A stretch of 32,000 bases of DNA. It comes from a virus (Duplodnaviria; Caudoviricetes). Under the pieces are notes generated by a model that was given only the letters and a program-made list of their open reading frames with translations, did no database searches and was not told the origin of the DNA. Below are positions 7,229 to 15,184 of this stretch, one piece after another (position 1 is the stretch's first letter; the number at the start of each line of letters is the position of its first letter). The DNA lies in IMG/VR virus record IMGVR_UViG_3300024262_000150, positions 1-32,000 of that record; one strand, given 5' to 3'. The position numbers and the translations under genes were made by a program.

Positions 7229-7705
7229 ATGAATATTTTCTTTTTAGATTTTGATACCCAAAAATGCTCACAATACCACTGTGACAAACATGTTGTTAAA
7301 ATGATCCTTGAGACGGCACAACTATTGTGTGGTGTTCATCATACTACCGACCAAGTAACCGATCAAATCCCATATAAATTATCTCACAAAAACCACCCAT
7401 GTGCAATTTGGGCTCGTGAAACTTTATCTAACTATCTTTACCTTTGTGATCTTGGTTTAGAACTCTGTAAAGAATACACATATCGTTATGGTAAACGACA
7501 CAAATCTCAAGAAGTGATAGAATGGTGTGTCACAAATAAACCCAACATTTGTGACAAAGATTTTACCACACCACCAAAGGCAATGCCTGACGAATATAAA
7601 GTGGATGATGTTATAGAATCTTATAGAAACTACTATATTGGAGCAAAAAAAGATTTTGCAAAATGGAAAAATAGAGATATTCCTGAATGGTTTAACATAT
7701 TATGA
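7229..7705 (+). CDS. Pyrimidine-dimer DNA glycosylase (DenV-related) family protein
   Basis: MNIFFLD...HCDKHVVKMILETAQLL...HKNHPCAIW...EYTYRYGKRH. Confidence 0.75.
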   Translation: MNIFFLDFDTQKCSQYHCDKHVVKMILETAQLLCGVHHTTDQVTDQIPYKLSHKNHPCAIWARETLSNYLYLCDLGLELCKEYTYRYGKRHKSQEVIEWCVTNKPNICDKDFTTPPKAMPDEYKVDDVIESYRNYYIGAKKDFAKWKNRDIPEWFNIL

Positions 7706-7718
7706 TATTTATTATAAT

Positions 7719-8981
7719 ATGAAACAAGATTTTATAATAAAAAGAGAACTTTTTAAGTTAAAAAAACAAAAACTCAACGAGGTTAACACATACGGATTCC
7801 CAACAGGGGCTGTTGATTCAGGTAAAGTGAACTCTGGAGGTGAAAATGGAAATTGGGGTGGATCTATGGAAAAAACTCTTGAAATTGCTAGTTTTGCAAA
7901 AAAATGTTTAGGAAAAGATAATGTAATTAGCTCCCAAAAAAGATCAAGAGTTAAAACAGCTTCAGGATATGTTTCAGATCACTATAAAGGTAATACTAAA
8001 GCGTATGCTGTAGATATACCTGTTAGAGGTAAAGCTGGCGATGAACTTTTAGCTTGCATTATGAAAAGTTGGAATAATGGATCTCATTCTAATTATAAAG
8101 GTGGGGTATGGTTAAATGTGACTAAAGATGGTTATAGATATCAATTTGGATGGAGAGTAAAAAACCATTATGACCACATACATGTTGGCGTAAAGAAAAC
8201 AAGTGGAAGTAACACTAAAGATGAAAAACCTGAAGATGAAAAACCTGAAGATGTATCAACTGATGTTAACACAGAAGAAAAACCATCAGAGGATTCCCAA
8301 ATTGAAAAATTAGGTTTAGGTGCATTTGCCAAATTAGCAAGAATGATGAGGGGAGATAAAGAAAAAACAAGCGTTGGAAATATTTTAGATCCAGTAGATA
8401 AAGAAGAGGATAAAGAAGAGGATAAAGAAGAGGATAAAAATTTGCCAAATGTTACCGTAGATTTAAAAGATTATAAAATAACAGAACCATCAAGTGAAGA
8501 CAAAGAGTTCTACACCAAAGTTTTATCAAAAATAGGGGCACCAATATCAAAAGAAAATTTATTATTTTTCTATGCTTGGAGACAAGCCGAAGGTGCTAAA
8601 TCAACATACAACCCATTCAATACCACACAATCAAAAGAAGGGTCGACATTATGGAATTGTTTGAGTAAGAAAAACAATAAATGTGTTGGTGGAGTTAGAA
8701 ATTATAAAACCAAACAAGATGGTATTGATGCAACTGTTAAAACAATGAAGAATGGAAATTATAAGTGTATTGTTGATGGTTTAAAAGGTAATAAAGGAGC
8801 GGTTAAAATTGCAGAATGTCCCGATTTGAAAAAATGGGGAACTGGAACAGGTGTTACTAAAGTACTTAAAACAAAAAAAGTCAATCCTCCCGCAATCTCT
8901 AAAACAGAAGTTAAGGCAGTTAAAGAATCATTTAATTACGAAACCGAAAGAATTTTAGATTTAATTAAAAAAGTTTTGTAA
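7719..8981 (+). CDS. Putative two-domain cell-wall hydrolase (M15/LAS-like zinc peptidase plus lysozyme-like domain)
   Basis: SDHY...AVDI...HYDHIHVG, an acidic linker, then AWRQAEG..YNPFNTT...GVRNYKT.QDGIDATVKT. Start at ATG 7719 follows TATTTAT. Confidence 0.65.
   Translation: MKQDFIIKRELFKLKKQKLNEVNTYGFPTGAVDSGKVNSGGENGNWGGSMEKTLEIASFAKKCLGKDNVISSQKRSRVKTASGYVSDHYKGNTKAYAVDIPVRGKAGDELLACIMKSWNNGSHSNYKGGVWLNVTKDGYRYQFGWRVKNHYDHIHVGVKKTSGSNTKDEKPEDEKPEDVSTDVNTEEKPSEDSQIEKLGLGAFAKLARMMRGDKEKTSVGNILDPVDKEEDKEEDKEEDKNLPNVTVDLKDYKITEPSSEDKEFYTKVLSKIGAPISKENLLFFYAWRQAEGAKSTYNPFNTTQSKEGSTLWNCLSKKNNKCVGGVRNYKTKQDGIDATVKTMKNGNYKCIVDGLKGNKGAVKIAECPDLKKWGTGTGVTKVLKTKKVNPPAISKTEVKAVKESFNYETERILDLIKKVL
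8397..8438 (+). repeat. 12-nt coding tandem repeat (DKEE)x3.5
   Basis: GATAAAGAAGAG three times plus GATAAA. Confidence 0.9.
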
Positions 8982-9037
8982 CTTTGTTGACTCTACAATA
9001 TATTTATGATATCATTTCTCTATAAAAACAAATTATC

Positions 9038-9184
9038 ATGAGTGAAGAATTAAAAGAAGTTGAGATGTTTGCGTATTTTGCAAACGGAAAAGAATTATGG
9101 TCATCAAATATTGAATTTGCACAAATAAGGGCAAATCATTATGGTACTTACATAGTTTATGTTGAAAAAATCGTTGTAGAATAA
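9038..9184 (+). CDS. 48-aa hypothetical protein
   Basis: Read manually as MSEELKEVEMFAYFANGKELWSSNIEFAQIRANHYGTYIVYVEKIVVE; TATTTAT at 9001. Confidence 0.6.
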   Translation: MSEELKEVEMFAYFANGKELWSSNIEFAQIRANHYGTYIVYVEKIVVE

Positions 9185-9211
9185 AAAAAAATAAAAAATA
9201 TCACAGAGTAC

Positions 9212-9281
9212 TTGACAAATCAAAATAAATGTCATATCTTTGTGAAACAAATCAGGAAAAGTCCTGAAAAGTTCTTTGAAA
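9212..9281 (+). promoter_or_regulatory. Promoter, hairpin and boxA-like element leading the long ncRNA
   Basis: TTGACA (9212), TATCTTTG (9235-9242), TCAGGA-AAAG-TCCTGA (9252-9267), GTTCTTTGAAA (9271-9281). Confidence 0.7.
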
Positions 9282-9284
9282 AAT

Positions 9285-10136
9285 TAGATTATCCATTCAG
9301 GAGTAAGAAGTGAAACTGATAAAGATATTGGGCCGTGTATAGTCCATAAAATAAACTACGAAAGTAGGATAAAGTGAATCCCAAGTGTAACGGGTTTGCG
9401 TCTTAATAGTCTTCGGAATATTGAGGTCGAGTACACAGGCGAGATACCATAAAATCTTTAGTACCGAGGCCAACGGTGTAGGAAAAGTGATTTTATGACG
9501 AGGTGATGTGGGTCATCTTGTTGAGGAGGGAACTCTAATAGGAATAACTCGTAGGGATGATGCAAGAATCAATATTTCCAATGTTGTTATTGCGGGTTCC
9601 AATATAAAAGGATACTTAAAACCGAAAGGTATGTTAATGTACGGATGGTGCCGTTATTAACCTTAACCGACTTCTACCAAGGGGTTAGTTTCGAAGTAAT
9701 CTTGAAATATTGAGATGGGGACATTTCACAAGGTTGTTTGGTATTTTGTTATTCAAAAGATAATGAAACTTAAGACGGACCACAACTTTGATCAATCCAC
9801 AACACAAAAAACTTTTATAGAAAAGGTAAAACTTATAACTAAAAAGCAAAAGTGTTCGTCACGATATAACGGAAGTTACCCACCTATTCACTGGCTGTCA
9901 GTGGAACGTGATAACCGCAAGTTTGACCGTATTTTTATGAAAAATCTCTAGGTCGTCGAAGACCGAATCAGGACGCAATCTTGGGGAGACAGGAGTAGTA
10001 AGAGAGTAGTTGTATCGTCAAGGAGTGATTGGTCTAACCAATCGGTAATGAGTGTTACAGGACAAAATCCTGTGGATAAGAGTAGAACCAATAATGACTC
10101 GAAAGACACTTACGAAAACTGTAATCTCAGGTTTTT
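9285..10136 (+). ncRNA. ~850-nt highly structured ncRNA, probably GOLLD-class (ends approximate)
   Basis: No credible ORF, raised GC, its own promoter and terminator, and many hairpins (CTAC-GAAA-GTAG, C-TTCG-G, ACC-GAAA-GGT, GATTGGT/ACCAATC, ACAGGA/TCCTGT) with repeated AGTA/GAA loop-E-like motifs. The family is inferred from size and context only. Confidence 0.7.
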
Positions 10137-10173
10137 ATTTTTTTAGGTAAAACTTAAGTTAAAAAAATTGATT

Positions 10174-10202
10174 AGGGACGATGTGAATCGATCCCTTTTT
10201 TT
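10174..10202 (+). terminator. Intrinsic terminator of the long ncRNA
   Basis: AGGGA-CGAT-GTGA-ATCG-A-TCCCT followed by a T-tract. Confidence 0.75.
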
Positions 10203-10253
10203 ATGCACTAAAATATAATATTTATACAACACTAATCTATAATTTTAACGCAT

Positions 10254-10280
10254 AAAAAAACCCCATCCGAAGATGAGGTT
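10254..10280 (-). terminator. Intrinsic terminator of the tmRNA
   Basis: Minus strand reads CCTCATC-TTCG-GATGGGG-TTTTTTT. Confidence 0.85.
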
Positions 10281-10286
10281 TACATT

Positions 10287-10696
10287 TGGTGGAGGTGCGG
10301 AGGCTCGAACTCCGGTCCATAATATCCTGTCAGATAAGGACTACACGTTTAGGTTGGTATTTTTTAATACCCCAAAATATTTGGTTTTAATTTGACCAAA
10401 AACAAAGTTGATTTGTTCTTCACCATCGTAAATCAACAACCAATGGACGACTCGATTTATGGTTCAATCGTATTCCACCATAAAGACTTCTGTTGCTAGG
10501 TTATGTGTCCACCGACCCCCCGTTTCCGTAAACCTCTTAGGCTACAGTAACTTCAGATCCTCTTAGTAAACCAAGAGTTTCCATTTTCGATAAAACGTCG
10601 CCGATTGTTTTTGTGAATCAGTTTTTAAAGAGATTAATTCAGTCTCTACGTGCCCTTTGTCTTCAGCCAATACCTGTCAAATCCAAAAACACCCCC
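10287..10696 (-). ncRNA. ssrA: tmRNA (410 nt)
   Basis: 5' GGGGGTG-TTTTTGGATTTGAC and 3' GGACCGGAGTTCGAGCCTCCG-CACCTCC-A-CCA with G3.U70. An internal tag frame at 10602-10537 encodes GDVLSKMETLGLLRGSEVTVA-stop. Confidence 0.93.
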
Positions 10697-10773
10697 ATAT
10701 GTCAAATAACTTGTAATATTATAAATACAAAGATAATACAAAGATTTATATTATTCAATATATTTATAAATAT

Positions 10774-11919
10774 ATGAGAAAAAGACTTCTTATCGAAAAT
10801 GATGTCTCAGAGTTAGATGACTTCCAAAAAATACTTCTTTTAAACAAAAGAAAGTTATCTTCTGACGAAGTTGAATTCAAAAGTGATAAATATGAAGACA
10901 ATATTGATATTAATAGTGTTAGAGTACAACATGATGGATTGTTATTTGACTTTGATGATTTAGAGGCGTTTTTAAAATTTTTTTTTCCTGAAGTTTTTGA
11001 AGAAGGATCTGATGGTCAGTGGGACGCTCAAAACTATGATCGAATGTATTATGGTTCTTATGAATGGTATTATGAATGTTCTGATAGATCTACTGATGAT
11101 TGGAGTGAAGGTTATGTTTTAGGTTATTTTTGTAATCAGGCTAGCTTAAAACTAAAAAAGTTGTTAAAAATAATTGCACCTTCTTTAGTGGATAGTATTT
11201 CAGAAGACGGTAAAAGAATTGACAATGAATCAGAAATCACAGATGTTTTAGATAAATTTTTTAGTAGGTTTGGTGATGAGGCCAATGATATAATATGTTC
11301 AGCAAAAGCAAATGCAACTGAAGAAGGGTCTAAACAAGCAATCTTAACTGCCTACTGTGAAACACTTTCTGAATTTGGTATTGAGAAGTGGGGTAAATGG
11401 TGTTTTGGTTTGTATTTTATAAGTTGGGGAAATTTGGTCCAACTTTATGTTGAAAATGGTGAATTTGACAAAAAGGCTATTGATGTGATACTTGAAAGTA
11501 TAGATAAGAAATTTAGACACACTCTTCCAGATCCTTACGAGATGGAAGGTTATTTTATGGATGATGATATTTTTAACTCTGAATCTTGTCAAAAATTAGA
11601 AGATCTAGTTGATGTGTATATAGAAAAAGCTGAAGAAGACCTTAATCCTGACTATATAGCAGTAATGGAAAAACTTACTAAGTTAGGTCTTTTTTCTAAT
11701 GCCGGTAAAGAAATCCCAGGACAAAAAGGATTAAGAATTAAAGTTCAGGAAGTTGATCCCGAAACTTTAAAAGTAAAATACATTGTGGGGTCAAATAGTT
11801 ATTTTGGAGATAGACAATACGGATTATCTACTGTTGATTCAGTAATTGCAATGGCAACTCAGCCAGGTTTATTTAACCCAGCTGACTTTAGAATCCAACC
11901 TGGTCAATTAAAACGATAA
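10774..11919 (+). CDS. Acidic hypothetical protein
   Basis: 381-aa ORF with TATTTAT at 10761; no family recognised. Confidence 0.8.
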   Translation: MRKRLLIENDVSELDDFQKILLLNKRKLSSDEVEFKSDKYEDNIDINSVRVQHDGLLFDFDDLEAFLKFFFPEVFEEGSDGQWDAQNYDRMYYGSYEWYYECSDRSTDDWSEGYVLGYFCNQASLKLKKLLKIIAPSLVDSISEDGKRIDNESEITDVLDKFFSRFGDEANDIICSAKANATEEGSKQAILTAYCETLSEFGIEKWGKWCFGLYFISWGNLVQLYVENGEFDKKAIDVILESIDKKFRHTLPDPYEMEGYFMDDDIFNSESCQKLEDLVDVYIEKAEEDLNPDYIAVMEKLTKLGLFSNAGKEIPGQKGLRIKVQEVDPETLKVKYIVGSNSYFGDRQYGLSTVDSVIAMATQPGLFNPADFRIQPGQLKR

Positions 11920-12929
11920 CGATCTTTTAATATCTCATATAGTCTATAACCATCCTCGTCATCGATGTAAAATTGATTTTCATCGTAAATGTCCGTAATT
12001 ATAAACCCATTCTTTTCTTCAATAACATCAATGGATGATAATTGGTATACATCATCATAAAATGGGCTTTCATCATTAAACAAAGTTGTTGTTGTAGTTA
12101 TTGTTTCTGGTTCTGTTTTGAACTCATACCTTTTTAACCCCAAACTATCAACCATGTTTTTTCCTGCGACAATTGCTCTTTCTACATCATCAATACAAAC
12201 AAATTCATTTGCTGTGTGCATATTATAATAACCACAAGACATATTGATACAAGATAAATCAGATTTTTGTTTCATAATCATAATATCTGTGTATGGATGA
12301 CTCTGAATCATCATTTCATTTTTAAATCCTTTGGTAATTGCTCTTAATGAAAGATTAAAGAATTCACCATCTTTATCAAACAATACCGTACCCATACAAC
12401 TATATGAAATTAAGTGGTCTCCTGGGGCATCGTATTGTGTGCAATAACCAACATTGTTTAAAAACTCTGTATTAACCATTTTTGACCCATTACAACCTGT
12501 TTCTTCTGACACAAAAAATGCGACTTTAACTTTATCTAATTGACGAAGTAATTCTAAACAAATATAGATACCGCATTTATCATCACCACCAATCCCTGTT
12601 GGGATTTCGTTTTTGTCGTACGCTTTTAAACATAATACTTGTTTATCACCAAATTCTTTTCCGAATGTGTAAGGACGAAGAAGATATTCTTCTTTAACTA
12701 TGATTTCATCAACAAGGTTATGAACCGTGTCGGTGTGTGATATAAACATTGGGTAATACTCACCCTCATCTAATGTTCCTTTTGTAACATAGATATTTTT
12801 ATGGTTATCACACACCACTTCAATTCCCTCCATTTGTGATAATTCATCCATTAAGTATTTCACCATCTTATCTTCTTGATAAGTTTTGGATGGGACAGAA
12901 AGAAGTTCCTTAAATTTATTTAGATTCAT
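11904..12929 (-). CDS. Zinc metallopeptidase, M20/M28/M42 superfamily
   Basis: SHTDTVH, GGDDKCG, SEETGCNGS, QYDAPG and YYNMHT ligand motifs. Start at ATG 12929 is downstream of a minus-strand TATCTTTG (12945-12952). Confidence 0.85.
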   Translation of the reverse strand: MNLNKFKELLSVPSKTYQEDKMVKYLMDELSQMEGIEVVCDNHKNIYVTKGTLDEGEYYPMFISHTDTVHNLVDEIIVKEEYLLRPYTFGKEFGDKQVLCLKAYDKNEIPTGIGGDDKCGIYICLELLRQLDKVKVAFFVSEETGCNGSKMVNTEFLNNVGYCTQYDAPGDHLISYSCMGTVLFDKDGEFFNLSLRAITKGFKNEMMIQSHPYTDIMIMKQKSDLSCINMSCGYYNMHTANEFVCIDDVERAIVAGKNMVDSLGLKRYEFKTEPETITTTTTLFNDESPFYDDVYQLSSIDVIEEKNGFIITDIYDENQFYIDDEDGYRLYEILKDRYRFN

Positions 12930-12975
12930 TTCAAATTGTTTCCACAAAGATAGTTGAATAAATGTTAATAAAAAA

Positions 12976-15015
12976 TTATTCTTTCTTTTTTCTTGTTTTT
13001 TTGGGTTTTTCTTCTTTATTAGAAACTAAAACCTCATCATTTTCAACTTTTAAAGCGTAATCTTTATTCTCTTCAATCTCCATCATTAAAATCTTTTCAG
13101 AAATTAAATCCTCAATTTTATCTTGAATTGCTCTTTTGATTGGACGAGCCCCAAATGTTTCATCAAACCCTACTTTGGATATATAATCCACAAGATCCTG
13201 TTCGTATGTAAAGTTATATTTTTTCTCACTAACTCTTTTTAATAATTTGTCAATTTCAAGTTTTGTTATTTTGTCAATATGTATTTTTTCTAATGAGTTA
13301 AAAATAATAACATCGTCAATACGATTTAAGAATTCAGGAGCAAAAAACTTCTTTAATTCTTTTTTCAAAATCTCTTGTTTTTCTTCTTCCATAACAATCT
13401 CACTTTTGTTTGTTTTGAACCCAACTCCAGTTCCAAAATCTTGTAATCTTCTAACACCAATATTAGAAGTCATAATGATTAAACAATTTTTAAAGTTAAT
13501 TTTACGACCCAATGAATCTGTGATATGGCCATCATCTAACAACTGAAGAAGTGTTGAAAAAATATCTTTGTGTGCTTTCTCAATCTCATCAAACAATACA
13601 ACAGAGTAAGGTTTGTTTTTAACCTGTTCTGTTAGTTGTCCACCTTCATCGTGACCAACATAACCTGGAGGTGAACCAATTAAACGAGAAATAGTGTGTT
13701 TTTCTTGGTATTCACTCATATCCACACGGATCATATTATCTTCACTACCAAAGATCTCTTTTGCCAATTGTTTTGCCAAATATGTTTTACCAACACCAGT
13801 TGATCCCAAGAAAATAAATGAACCAATTGGTTTGTTTGGGTCTTTAATTCCCATTCTATTTCTGCGAATAGCCTTTGTGATTTTCAATACCGCTTCTTCT
13901 TGACCAATAACTTTTGAACTTAAATTATTGGTAAGATTTATTAAACTATTTCTTTCATCAACATTAATGTTTGAAATTGGAATTTTAGTCATATTTGAAA
14001 CCACTTCATATATTAATTCTTCTGGAATGGTTCGTTTACTACTCCTTAAATGTTCCTCAAACTTTTTCTTTTCATCGTCAAGTTTAACCAAAATGTTTCT
14101 TTCACGATCACGAAGTTCCGCAGCTTGTTCATAGTCTTGTCTTTTAATTACATCAAGTTTTTCTTGTTTAATTTTATTTGCCTCTTCTTTAAGATTCTCA
14201 ATTTCTTGTGGTAGTTTTATGTCAATTTGCATTCTTGCTCCAACCTCATCTAAAATATCAAATGCTTTATCTGGAAATTCACGATCTGTAATATAACGAT
14301 CCGCCAACTCAACAAATATCAATAATGTTTCATCGTCATAACTTACTTTATGGTGATCTTCATATTTTTCCTTACTTAATTTAAGAATTTCTAAAGTTTC
14401 CTCTTTTGTAGATGGGTCTACAATTACTTTTTGAAATCTCCTCTCTAATGCTCCGTCCTTCTCAAAGTTTGTTCTATATTCATCAAGAGTAGTCGCACCA
14501 ATACATTGGATCTCACCACGAGAAAGTGCCGGTTTAAATATATTTGAGGCATCTAATGAACCTGAACTATTACCAGCACCAACTATTGTATGAATCTCAT
14601 CAATAAATAAAATGATGTTTGGGGCATCCTGAAGTTCTTCAATAATTACTTTCATTCTTTCCTCAAACTGACCTCTGTATTTAGTTCCGGCAACTAATGA
14701 ATTCATATCTAATGATACAATTCTCTTGTCCATTAAAGTTTTAGGGCACTCACCGTTATGAATCATCATTGCAAGGCCCTCAACGATTGCGGTCTTACCC
14801 GCGCCAGGTTCACCAATAATAATTGGGTTATTTTTTTTTCTTCTAGATAGAATTTGAGCAATTCTTAATATTTCTTTTTTTCTACCAATTACAGGGTCTA
14901 ACTTACCCTCTTGAGCTAATTTGTTTAAATCCTTACTAAAATTATCTAACACAGGTGTTCCTGTATCAGACTTTTTTTTTGATTTATCATTTCCTTCATC
15001 CATAAATTCTAACAT
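12976..15015 (-). CDS. clpC: ClpC-like AAA+ ATPase lacking the N-terminal Clp-repeat domain
   Basis: Two Walker A motifs (GEPGAGKT, GSTGVGKT), AGTKYRGQFEER, a UVR-type middle segment DYEQAAELRD, and a VGF ClpP-docking loop. Confidence 0.9.
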   Translation of the reverse strand: MLEFMDEGNDKSKKKSDTGTPVLDNFSKDLNKLAQEGKLDPVIGRKKEILRIAQILSRRKKNNPIIIGEPGAGKTAIVEGLAMMIHNGECPKTLMDKRIVSLDMNSLVAGTKYRGQFEERMKVIIEELQDAPNIILFIDEIHTIVGAGNSSGSLDASNIFKPALSRGEIQCIGATTLDEYRTNFEKDGALERRFQKVIVDPSTKEETLEILKLSKEKYEDHHKVSYDDETLLIFVELADRYITDREFPDKAFDILDEVGARMQIDIKLPQEIENLKEEANKIKQEKLDVIKRQDYEQAAELRDRERNILVKLDDEKKKFEEHLRSSKRTIPEELIYEVVSNMTKIPISNINVDERNSLINLTNNLSSKVIGQEEAVLKITKAIRRNRMGIKDPNKPIGSFIFLGSTGVGKTYLAKQLAKEIFGSEDNMIRVDMSEYQEKHTISRLIGSPPGYVGHDEGGQLTEQVKNKPYSVVLFDEIEKAHKDIFSTLLQLLDDGHITDSLGRKINFKNCLIIMTSNIGVRRLQDFGTGVGFKTNKSEIVMEEEKQEILKKELKKFFAPEFLNRIDDVIIFNSLEKIHIDKITKLEIDKLLKRVSEKKYNFTYEQDLVDYISKVGFDETFGARPIKRAIQDKIEDLISEKILMMEIEENKDYALKVENDEVLVSNKEEKPKKTRKKKE

Positions 15016-15078
15016 ACTTATATTGTTTTACATTCAAAAACTAATAAATAAATTTACAAAAGTCCAATATTGTTATTT

Positions 15079-15139
15079 TGTCAGTATAAAAAAAAATATA
15101 CTGACATATTGACATGTTTTTTGAAATGGCATATATTTG
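15079..15139. promoter_or_regulatory. Operator-like palindrome and dnaK promoter in the divergent clpC-dnaK gap
   Basis: TGTCAGTATA-N8-TATACTGACA (15079-15106) and TATATTTG (15132-15139). Confidence 0.6.
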
Positions 15140-15184
15140 GTAAAAATGTAAAAAAAATAAACATAAAAAATAAAATGATAAAAA

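Noticed and set aside
9253-9264. CAGGAAAAGTCC resembling the RNase P P4 strand GAGGAAAGUCC
   Set aside because: It forms a local hairpin, and I found no downstream ACAGAAnnCGGCTTA partner.
9715-9951. 78-aa track ORF
   Set aside because: It lies inside the structured long ncRNA and has no start signal or protein-like motif.
9285-10136. rRNA fragment or group I/II intron
   Set aside because: I recognised no universal 16S/23S signatures, no interrupted host gene and no intron core motifs.
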